Below are positions 45,495 through 53,709 of a stretch of 64,000 nucleotides of DNA, piece after piece. Source of the DNA: an uncultured Methanotrichaceae archaeon (GTDB lineage Archaea > Halobacteriota > Methanosarcinia > Methanotrichales > Methanotrichaceae); NCBI GenBank assembly GCA_964639235.1, contig CAZXDN010000006.1, positions 7,477-71,476 on the forward strand, given 5' to 3'. Every line of letters starts with the position of its first letter. Position 1 is the stretch's first letter. Made by a program: the position numbers and the translations under genes. Under the pieces are notes generated by a model. It was not told the origin of the DNA. It ran no database searches and saw only the letters and a list, made by a program, of their open reading frames with translations.

Positions 45495-46229
45495 ATGGCT
45501 GGACTGGAGTTTGGAGGAAAAGTCCGCGAGCCGGATGTAAGGCGTCTCTTCGACATGAAGGACGTGATCTTGGACCAGGAGTGGCTGAAGGGCGCTGAGA
45601 ACTTCGATCTTTATTACATGTACAGAGACCTTTTCCTGAGCAGGTCAGACCACAGCCGGCTCCTCGATTTCGACCTCAGGTACGATATCACAGTGATACC
45701 GCCAGGCATGCTTGGATGCGAGTATGTGAAGACCGCAGGCCACTATCACCCCAATCCTGAAGGCAGCAATATCTCGTATCCAGAGCTCTACGAAGTTCTG
45801 GAAGGAGAAGCCCTGTACCTGCTGCAGAACAAGGACGCGAGCGATGTGGTCGTGGTCCACGCCTCTATTGGCGATAAGGTTCTGGTGCCTCCAGACTATG
45901 GCCATGTGACCATAAACTGCTCCAACAAGCGCCTGAAGATGTCCAACTTCGTGGCACGGAGCTTCTCCTCTTTATATGAGCCTTTTAGAAAGATGGCTGG
46001 AGCTGCCTACTATTACACCAGAGATGGCTACTTAAAGAACGGGCACTACAGAAGCGTCCCTGAGATCCGTCACCTGGATGCGCCAGATAGCACACATCTG
46101 GGCCTGCTTGGCCTGTCGAAGTCAAGAGAGATGTACTCTCTCGTCAGGGAGCCTGAGAAGCTGGACTACCTGGTTCATCCTCAGGATCACCTAGACTTGT
46201 TTGGCCGTTTTCTTATGAAGTGGAGGTAA
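45495..46229 (+). CDS. pgiA: Cupin-type glucose-6-phosphate isomerase (archaeal cPGI)
   Basis: TAGHYHP...ELYEVLEGEA...PPDYGHVTIN gives the cupin metal ligands in cPGI spacing. The length is 244 aa. Confidence 0.8.
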   Translation: MAGLEFGGKVREPDVRRLFDMKDVILDQEWLKGAENFDLYYMYRDLFLSRSDHSRLLDFDLRYDITVIPPGMLGCEYVKTAGHYHPNPEGSNISYPELYEVLEGEALYLLQNKDASDVVVVHASIGDKVLVPPDYGHVTINCSNKRLKMSNFVARSFSSLYEPFRKMAGAAYYYTRDGYLKNGHYRSVPEIRHLDAPDSTHLGLLGLSKSREMYSLVREPEKLDYLVHPQDHLDLFGRFLMKWR

Positions 46230-47158
46230 TTGCGTTGTCGGGGTTTTCCAACATCTCCAGGTACAGGGCACACATAGACCTTCTGCGGCCGCCGCTGGCG
46301 CCGATGGACATTGCAATGCCCGCAGCTTCAGCTCTTCTTGCAGCGTACGCGGTCACGGGACAGCTTCCGCCAATACTGCCCTTCATGATAGCGACGTTTG
46401 GTGCCTACTGCGCCATCACCAGCTCTTATGTCTTGAACGATTTCTACGACATAGACGTGGATAAGGTGGGAATGCCCTCCAGGCCTCTTCCTTCAGCCCA
46501 GGTGAGCAGGAAGGAGGCACTGGCCTATTCTCTCCTTCTCCTGGGAGCTGCGATGGCTTCTGCCCTCTACCTTAATCCTGAGAGCGCAGTGTGCCTCATT
46601 GCTGCTACGGCCATAATTACATTCTACTCTTCCTGGGCCAAGAGGAACACGCCTTTCAGCTGGGTCTTCGTGGGCGCAGCCTATGGGCTTGTGCCGCTGG
46701 GCGTGTGGCTGGCAATGGAGCCTGCAGGTCTCCTCAGGGCCGGGCCTGGGCTTCACCCTGCAGGGATTATATTGGCATCGATGATCGGCATCACTGATTG
46801 TGGCTTCACCAACTGCGATGCCTCCAGAGACGTGGTAGGTGACAAGAAGAACGGCATTCCAACCATGCCTGTGAGGTTTGGCATTCCTTTAACTGCCAGG
46901 ATGGTCTCGATCTTCTGGCTGGCTGGAGTTATCCTGTCTCTCGCCCTTGGAGTGTCTGCAGGCCTTGGATACCTGTATCTGGGCGCGGCTCTTCTGGCTG
47001 GAGCCTGGCTGCTCATGCAGAACCTGGACTTCATCAGGAACCCGACTGCAAATAGGGGCAATGAGCTCTTCTACCAGTCTGCGAACTACAGGGCGGTGTT
47101 ATTTGCGGCGCTGATTGCAGATGTGCTCCTGGGAGCTGCAGCGGCTCATGTGCTGTAG
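46220..47158 (+). CDS. UbiA-family aromatic/isoprenoid prenyltransferase
   Basis: The first Asp-rich motif is NDFYDIDVDK. The product has about 8-9 TM helices and is 312 aa. The GTG start overlaps the pgi end. Confidence 0.85.
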   Translation: MEVIALSGFSNISRYRAHIDLLRPPLAPMDIAMPAASALLAAYAVTGQLPPILPFMIATFGAYCAITSSYVLNDFYDIDVDKVGMPSRPLPSAQVSRKEALAYSLLLLGAAMASALYLNPESAVCLIAATAIITFYSSWAKRNTPFSWVFVGAAYGLVPLGVWLAMEPAGLLRAGPGLHPAGIILASMIGITDCGFTNCDASRDVVGDKKNGIPTMPVRFGIPLTARMVSIFWLAGVILSLALGVSAGLGYLYLGAALLAGAWLLMQNLDFIRNPTANRGNELFYQSANYRAVLFAALIADVLLGAAAAHVL

Positions 47159-47237
47159 CGCCGCATCTACTCTCCTTCTTGCCGGGCCCTGGCACAGGTG
47201 TCGTCTGGGCTGGCATATTTTTGCTGACGATGGTGCC

Positions 47238-48377
47238 TCAGTACCTGAGATTGGCCCCAATTCCACCAATGGACTTCAGGAAAGGGTCATCCTTTACCAG
47301 GAGAACCTCAGCCCCAGTCCTCTGAGCCATCTGATAAAGCTCCTCTGCCACGTTCTCGATTGAGGCATTTCCCCCGCAGCTTGGACATGTATTGTGATTC
47401 GTCTCTGGAATGATCCTGCAGCTCTTGCACACCATGCCGGGTATAGGAAAATCGCTCAACAGCATCAGGAGGTTTACCCTTCCCTCTTTTAAGGCAGACC
47501 TCACCTCTTCTGGGCCGTAGGCTGCGGGCAGGCCCTTTAAGATCGCATCCTTGAGGCGCTCAGAGGCCTCTTTCTCTCTGGAGGTCTCCTTCCTCGCAGC
47601 AATATCGTCTCCTGCTCTGGCCAGGTCCTTGACTTGAACGCCCATGGAGACGTCCGCCTCTCCTATGATCATGGCCTTCAGAGATTGGGGCAGCATCTCC
47701 ATGATCTGGTCCTTTGCCTCTCCTGGCCCTGCCACTACAAGCCCTTTGATACCTGGCGTCTTCTCGATCTCTCTTAAGTCTTCTATCACCTCAGACAGGA
47801 ACGACTTGATCGCCCCTCTCCTCAGCCTGTTGAAGCGCATCTGGCTCATCCCGCCTTTCTTGTGCTTGTTCATCAGGTCTGTGGAGAGCTCTGACTTCTT
47901 CTCAACCAAATCAGACCTGACGATAAATATCTCTGCCTCTCTTGAGTCTATCAAAAGGAGACAGTAGTCGTGGTACTCTCTTCTCAGCTTTGCTATGGGC
48001 AAAAGAAAGGGCGAACTGTCCAGTATGACTGCAGGTCCCACCTCTATTCCAAGCCTGTAGGCTTCCAGAATGGAGTCGGGGGACGATGCGAATATCGCCC
48101 TTCCCCTCTCGCCTTTTGATGGCTCAGAATGGAGAGCTTCCTTTGCAAGGGACACAGTCTCATCCAGGGACTCTGCCAGAGCTTCTGGCAGCGCCTTCTT
48201 CATGATCTTCAGCCTCTGATCTGTGAACTGCTTATCTGCATCTATTCTGCTCCTGAAGTATACCGACAGGACAGTGTCTTTCTCGCAGTCGATGTTTGAG
48301 AGCCTTCTCAGATCTATATCGCCAGCTGATGTTATCGATCTGAAAACAGTCTGTTCAAGGTCGCGGATTTTTGACAC
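47238..48377 (-). CDS. eRF1/Pelota-superfamily paralogue with GGQ replaced by GGMSQ and a zinc ribbon in the C-terminal domain (Vms1-like release-factor-type?)
   Basis: NKHKKGGMSQMRFNRLRRG (nt 47841-47855 for GGMSQ) aligns with KHGRGGQSALRFARLR of aRF1. I saw no NIKS motif. CKSC-x10-CPSC lies at nt 47376-47429. It has a GTG start with a T-rich box about 30 nt upstream. Confidence 0.7.
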   Translation of the reverse strand: MSKIRDLEQTVFRSITSAGDIDLRRLSNIDCEKDTVLSVYFRSRIDADKQFTDQRLKIMKKALPEALAESLDETVSLAKEALHSEPSKGERGRAIFASSPDSILEAYRLGIEVGPAVILDSSPFLLPIAKLRREYHDYCLLLIDSREAEIFIVRSDLVEKKSELSTDLMNKHKKGGMSQMRFNRLRRGAIKSFLSEVIEDLREIEKTPGIKGLVVAGPGEAKDQIMEMLPQSLKAMIIGEADVSMGVQVKDLARAGDDIAARKETSREKEASERLKDAILKGLPAAYGPEEVRSALKEGRVNLLMLLSDFPIPGMVCKSCRIIPETNHNTCPSCGGNASIENVAEELYQMAQRTGAEVLLVKDDPFLKSIGGIGANLRY

Positions 48378-48578
48378 TCAATATACTTGAAAACGTCAGT
48401 AAAAAAAGGTATCTGTGCTGCAGATGCCTGCGCGGATGAGGTCTGGCCTAAGTGGAATTCGCCGGGCCATAAATGCCGTAGATCTGCCTCAGACAAAAAA
48501 TAAGGCTTCTCGTTATTTGCTATGGGCAAATTAAGATAGGCCTGAAAGGCTTTGTGCCTTCAGTGAAGTTTTGAGAAC

Positions 48579-48685
48579 TTTCACCACAGAGACACAGAGT
48601 CACAGAGGGATTTTTATATTATCCTCTGAAATACCAAATACCCTTAGCTTTTCGTTCTCTGCGTCTCTGTGCCTCTGTGGTGAAG
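48579..48685. repeat. 29-bp imperfect inverted repeat, each arm built of three tandem xCACAGAG octamers, around a 49-bp AT-rich spacer
   Basis: The left arm is CTTCACCACAGAGACACAGAGTCACAGAG (48579-48607). The reverse complement of the right arm (48657-48685) is CTTCACCACAGAGGCACAGAGACGCAGAG, matching at 26 of 29 positions. It lies between the M36 stop (48786) and the eRF1-like start (48377). Confidence 0.85.
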
Positions 48686-48785
48686 TCTTAGGCGCTCTGC
48701 TCAAATGCATTCAGGCATATCTTCACCCATAACAAACAGCGAAGAGCCAAAAATAAGGGTTAAATGGCTCGGCAGCAGGCTTTGC

Positions 48786-51473
48786 CTACAGCAGCTCCAG
48801 GCTCCACTTGTTGAACTTGCCCACATCCTGTCCTGCCAGGTCTGCGACCTTCAGAGTCCAGTTGCCCTTCATCTCCTGGCCGAGCATTCCGGAGAGCGCC
48901 GGGCTGGACGAGTCGTAGGTGGCGATCAGGTTGTCCCTGTCCTCGCCTTCTCTGTTGTGGAGGACAGCCTTCTTTCCTGAGGGCGATAGGAGTTCCAGCC
49001 TCAGGTCGCCTATGTAGGTGTGGGTGATGTCGACTCCTATCTTGATTCCCTGTGTCGTGCCAGGCTGATCTATGGAGATCGTGCTGTTCACGCCTCCAGG
49101 CTCGTTGTCCGGAATGTCGAGCCCCGGCTCAGTCTCGGCTTTGACAGGGCTTTGAGTTCCAGCTCCTGTGGTGCCTGCCAGCTCTATGTCCAGGCCCCAG
49201 TGGCGAAGCGTCCCCAAATCGCGCTTGGCAAGGTCTACGACGCTTAAGGTCCAGTTGCCTTTGGACTTCGAGCCCACAAGGTTTGCCAGGGCCTGGTTCT
49301 CCCTGCTTGAGTATGTCGCGTCTAGGTCTACAGTCCTGGCCCGGTTTCTGTCGTGGAGCATCACGGCATCTCCCTCAGGGCTGACCAGCTTTACCTGCAG
49401 GTCTCCGATGTAGGTGTGATCTATCTTCACTGCCACTTCTATCTGAGCCACCTTCCCATCCTGGGGCACGTTGATGATGCTGGTTATGCCTGTGGGCTGG
49501 TTGTCTGGCACTGCAAGGTTTGGATCTGCCTCGAAGTGCAGCATCTCTCCTGGATGCGTCGTCTGCTCTGGCACTTTGAAGCTCGGCACTATGCCTGAGA
49601 GGCTCGCCCCGTTGGACCTGGCCTCAGTTCCCACCCCGAACTTGGCAAACGCTGCCCAGATACCGGCATTTGCCCTGTCATAGGCCTCCTGGCTTAGAGG
49701 CTTGTTAACCGATGTCAGCATGTCGCCTGCAGCTCTGAGGATTGCGTCTCTGGCGTCTATGAAGCTGGGGTTTGCTGGAGTCAGCTTGAGGGCGTCCACG
49801 ACCAGCTGCAAAGAGAGTTCCTTTCCCACCTTCCTGTTCATCTCCATGAGAATGGCGCACCATATCTCCCCTATGTTGTGCTCCTCATCATATCTCCCAG
49901 TTCCTATGTTTCCGAAGTTGTCTGGGAAGTTGGAGTCGTAGTGGAACTCTCTTATGCCGTCTGGATTGTTGACCACCCAGTCGCCCACAACCTCTGTGTT
50001 GTTGATCGTGCACGCCACGTAGTCGCTCCAGCCCTCGCCCATTCCTGAGCTCTGGGGAGCGTCCAGGGCGGCGTCGTTCATGGGACCGCCCACAAGCCTG
50101 TTCGTCAGGCCGTGAGTGTACTCGTGAAATACCACGCTTGAGTCCATTGCAGTGTGCCTGTTGGTGCTGGTGACCAGCCCCATGTTCATCACAGGCCCGT
50201 GTCCGTCTACGGGCGTTCCCATGTTCGCAGTGCCTGAGACTGCTCCTGAGTGGGCCCTGGCATCCACCCTGTCGCCCTGGAGGCCTCCTCTTCCGAAGTT
50301 CTCCTGCTGGAAGTTGCCGTCCTTCTCCCTGAAGCCGAGGAGGTAGAGGAAGTCGTGCATGAAGTTGCAGTAGTAGAATATGTTCAGAACCTTCTGGTAG
50401 TCTCCATTCGGATCCGGGTTGTCAAAGACCGGGCTTCCGCTGGAGTTTACTGCCTTTACCGTGGGACCATTGACTCCCAGGTGTGCGTAAACGTTGGTTC
50501 CTTCTGTGCTGTCTGCTAAGACCCAATCCGCGGGAAACGAAGGCGTGCCAGACGGAAGTGGCTCTCTGGGATCTGGAATCCCATAGCTCTCCATTGCCAG
50601 AGGAAAGTCAACGACGTCTCTTGGCACAGCGCCGTCCTTTCTAAACACGCTTCCCTTGATCCTGATGGAGCTGATGAGCTGATGAGAGTAGAGTATCTCG
50701 CCGGTCTCTGCATCTACCATGACCCTGTACTGGCCCTCGTAGTTGGGCATCGTCAGGATCACCTCCCAGGCGAGCCTCAGCTCGTCGCCCAGGGGAAACC
50801 AGATGAGGTTGGCCTTTATGCTGTCTCCAAACGGGCCCTTCTCAAGCACAGTTGGCTGTTCAGGAGTGTTCGTGAACATTGCAGTCACATGAGGCTCAAA
50901 TCCAGTTAAGTCGACTGCTGTGAAGTACGTGGGCTCGCCGAACTGGTCTTTTTTGCCCTGCTCGTCTTCGCTTGGGACCGCCACGTGATCTGCTGCCTTT
51001 AAGACTGCCTCCTCGACTCTGAGCTTAGGAGCCACTGGCAGGTCCTCTGGAACTGATACTGTGTTTCCAACGGACTCTGTCAAAGTCCCGTCAGGCGAGA
51101 AGCGCACAGTCTCTGCAGCCTGGAAGACCTTGATTCCCTTGTATGTCTGCTGCAGGTTGACTGCTGCAGCTCCAGTGGATGTCTCCTGGACATGAGGGTC
51201 TGGCATGAACTCAGCAGGCTGGGACTCGGACAGGCCCCTCACCCTTCCAGTGCTCTGGGCATAGTCCAGTGCCCTTTGGACGTAGTTCCCCCTCTCTGTC
51301 CTGGTTGAATCAGACCTGATCACAGATGGGTTGCCTGTGACAGGATCAAATCTCTCTATCCTCACGTTCTGGTCGTCAAAGGAGGCCTCCAATGCGAGAG
51401 ACTTAAGCTCGTTCCTCCTTGTGGCGTTTTCTCTGTTAACGCTAAAATCTCTAACGTCTACTTCTCTGCTCAT
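48786..51473 (-). CDS. M36 (fungalysin-type) zinc metalloprotease with an FTP/PepSY-like propeptide region and two C-terminal proprotein-convertase P-domains
   Basis: HEYTH lies at nt 50112-50126 (VVFHEYTHGLTNRL), followed by GMGEGWSDY. The N-terminus has NLQQTYKGIKVFQA (FTP-like). There are two C-terminal repeats, ...HTYIGDLQVKLVSPEGD...GNWTLSVVD and ...HTYIGDLRLELLSPSGK...GNWTLKVAD. A GGAGGG SD is present. There is no hydrophobic signal peptide. Confidence 0.85.
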   Translation of the reverse strand: MSREVDVRDFSVNRENATRRNELKSLALEASFDDQNVRIERFDPVTGNPSVIRSDSTRTERGNYVQRALDYAQSTGRVRGLSESQPAEFMPDPHVQETSTGAAAVNLQQTYKGIKVFQAAETVRFSPDGTLTESVGNTVSVPEDLPVAPKLRVEEAVLKAADHVAVPSEDEQGKKDQFGEPTYFTAVDLTGFEPHVTAMFTNTPEQPTVLEKGPFGDSIKANLIWFPLGDELRLAWEVILTMPNYEGQYRVMVDAETGEILYSHQLISSIRIKGSVFRKDGAVPRDVVDFPLAMESYGIPDPREPLPSGTPSFPADWVLADSTEGTNVYAHLGVNGPTVKAVNSSGSPVFDNPDPNGDYQKVLNIFYYCNFMHDFLYLLGFREKDGNFQQENFGRGGLQGDRVDARAHSGAVSGTANMGTPVDGHGPVMNMGLVTSTNRHTAMDSSVVFHEYTHGLTNRLVGGPMNDAALDAPQSSGMGEGWSDYVACTINNTEVVGDWVVNNPDGIREFHYDSNFPDNFGNIGTGRYDEEHNIGEIWCAILMEMNRKVGKELSLQLVVDALKLTPANPSFIDARDAILRAAGDMLTSVNKPLSQEAYDRANAGIWAAFAKFGVGTEARSNGASLSGIVPSFKVPEQTTHPGEMLHFEADPNLAVPDNQPTGITSIINVPQDGKVAQIEVAVKIDHTYIGDLQVKLVSPEGDAVMLHDRNRARTVDLDATYSSRENQALANLVGSKSKGNWTLSVVDLAKRDLGTLRHWGLDIELAGTTGAGTQSPVKAETEPGLDIPDNEPGGVNSTISIDQPGTTQGIKIGVDITHTYIGDLRLELLSPSGKKAVLHNREGEDRDNLIATYDSSSPALSGMLGQEMKGNWTLKVADLAGQDVGKFNKWSLELL

Positions 51474-52176
51474 GCCAATCTGCCCTCCAGAGTATTATCG
51501 TCTTAGATGCGAGCATGCCTGCAAGCTAACTTGGGTTCAGTGGCTTTGCGAAATGTCATTGGATCGGCTGCAGAAGAGCAATGGATTTCATCGGAGCTGT
51601 AATTTTTCGACCCTGTGTGAAGCTGCGCACTGTAGAGGTTTTATGGCCGTTGTAAGGGCGAGCTGCATTCAACGCTCAGTTCCTCATCTAATTCGACGCA
51701 ATTGAAGTTGATGGCTTTAACGTTCCTAACCTATTGAGCCAATGGTATATGCTATGACCTTTTTGGATAAATAATTTTCCAGTATATCTCTATCTGTGGC
51801 TAACCTGGCTATAGCTAATCCAGTTATGCATTGGAAGCATGTATTGGCGGCAGTGGACTGTATATCCAGTTGTATTACAGACGATCAGATGCCAATTGGC
51901 ATGCCAAATATCGTTATCTGGATATCGTTCTATGCATATTGCTGTCTGGGACAGGCCTAAAGGATGCTCCAGGTGGATTTCTCTTTCGCTTTGGCAGTGC
52001 TTACAGCCTTGGATTTTCTTTTAGCTCAATTAGAGATCATCTGTGTAAATGTCAATATGATCGTCTCTGTCTCTCTCCTTGGTGCATCCTCGATGGGCTC
52101 ATGGCTGGCTCTGGAGTCTTGGCCTTCTCTGCACAAGGTTTATTTCCTTTAAGGGGCTCGGAGAGTCCAGCAATTT

Positions 52177-52695
52177 ATGAGGAATGCTATGCGACTTTCG
52201 ATGGACTTGGAGCTACAAGACGTGCCGGGCCAGCTGCTCATGGCGCTGCAGCCATTAAAGGATAACAAAGCCAACATAATCAGCGTGGTCCACCACAGAG
52301 ACCGCAAGACTCCTCGTGGAACGATACCCGTTCGAGTTGTGATCGAGATCGACAGGTCCAGGCTGGAGAACCTGAAGGCCCAGCTCAAGACAAACGGCAT
52401 CTCAGTTGTGCGCGCAGGCGAGGACAGGTTTATCGAGGAGATATCGGTGGTTTTAGTTGGCCACATACTTAACAGCGATCTTGGAGACACGGTCAACAGG
52501 ATCGATACCACAGGATACGCAGAGGTGATGGATCTGGCCCTCACGATGACCGGCGTAGACGAGCCATCATCTGCTTACCTTAAGATCAGAGCCACTGGCA
52601 AGGCAGAGATCCAGAAGGCACTCTCGATACTGCGCCAGGTCGGGGCAGAGAAAGACCTTTTAGTAGTAGACCCGATAGAGGTTGAGGCGATATGA
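52177..52695 (+). CDS. ACT-domain (amino-acid-binding) regulatory protein
   Basis: The ACT pattern MDLELQDVPGQLLMALQPL...ANIISVVH is present, with a second ACT-like half. It overlaps the hom start by 4 nt. Alternative Met starts lie at 52189 and 52201. Confidence 0.7.
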   Translation: MRNAMRLSMDLELQDVPGQLLMALQPLKDNKANIISVVHHRDRKTPRGTIPVRVVIEIDRSRLENLKAQLKTNGISVVRAGEDRFIEEISVVLVGHILNSDLGDTVNRIDTTGYAEVMDLALTMTGVDEPSSAYLKIRATGKAEIQKALSILRQVGAEKDLLVVDPIEVEAI

Positions 52696-53690
52696 AGGAC
52701 GTCAATGTGTCTTTAGTGGGCTTCGGCATAGTGGGCCACGGCGTAGTGGAAGTCCTCGACAAGAAGAGGCAGATGCTCAGCGAGATGGGGCTGAATCTGA
52801 AGCTTGTGAGCATCTCAGACCACACGGGCACCATCCAGGACGATAACGGCGTCCCGGCAGACAAGGTCCTTGGAGAGAAGACTCTAAAAGACGTGGCAAC
52901 CTCAGGGATGAAAGGCGCTGAGGCCATACGCGCAATCGATTCTGACCTGGTAATCGAGGTCACTCCAACGAACATAGTCCACGGGCAGCCGGGACTTGGT
53001 CACATGGAGGCAGCCCTTTCAAGCGGAAAGAATCTGGTCACGTCAAACAAAGGTCCGCTCGTCGTGGCTTATAAGCGGCTGAAGAAGATGGCGGATGACA
53101 ATGGCGCCCAGTTCAAGTTCGAGGCGACAGTGGGCGGCACAATGCCTCTGATCAGCCTGGTCGAGAGGACGCTTGTGGGCAACAAGATCTCCTGCATAAA
53201 GGGAATATTCAACGGCACCTGCAACTACATCCTGACCAGGATGGCAGAAGAGAAGATCCCCTATTCCCATGCACTGAGCGAGGCCCAGGACCTGGGAATT
53301 GCTGAGGCAGACCCCACATACGATGTCGAGGGCGTGGACAGCGCAGCCAAGATGGTCATACTTGCAAACGCCATCTTCAACATGGATGTCAAGTACAGCG
53401 ACGTCGCAGTCACAGGCATAAAGAACATCACTCCTGAGGCCCTGACTCTGGCTAGGGAGAGGGGCTATGCAATCAAGCTCATAGGCGAGGTCCCTGCACT
53501 GACAGTTCGGCCCATGCTCGTCCCAATAGGAAGCCCGATTGCAGTCAGCTCGACCCTGAACTCTGCGGCCATATACACAGACCTCTCTGGCACGATAACC
53601 GTAACAGGCCTGGGAGCTGGCTCAATAGAGACTGCAAGCGCAATACTTAGCGATATAATCAGCATCTACAGGTCTAAGTCGTTAGATTGA
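52692..53690 (+). CDS. hom: Homoserine dehydrogenase
   Basis: The N-terminal Rossmann motif is VSLVGFGIVGHGV. NKGPLV and GIFNGTCNYIL motifs are present. The length is 332 aa. Confidence 0.9.
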   Translation: MKDVNVSLVGFGIVGHGVVEVLDKKRQMLSEMGLNLKLVSISDHTGTIQDDNGVPADKVLGEKTLKDVATSGMKGAEAIRAIDSDLVIEVTPTNIVHGQPGLGHMEAALSSGKNLVTSNKGPLVVAYKRLKKMADDNGAQFKFEATVGGTMPLISLVERTLVGNKISCIKGIFNGTCNYILTRMAEEKIPYSHALSEAQDLGIAEADPTYDVEGVDSAAKMVILANAIFNMDVKYSDVAVTGIKNITPEALTLARERGYAIKLIGEVPALTVRPMLVPIGSPIAVSSTLNSAAIYTDLSGTITVTGLGAGSIETASAILSDIISIYRSKSLD

Positions 53691-53709
53691 AGGACAATTC
53701 CTGAGGGCC

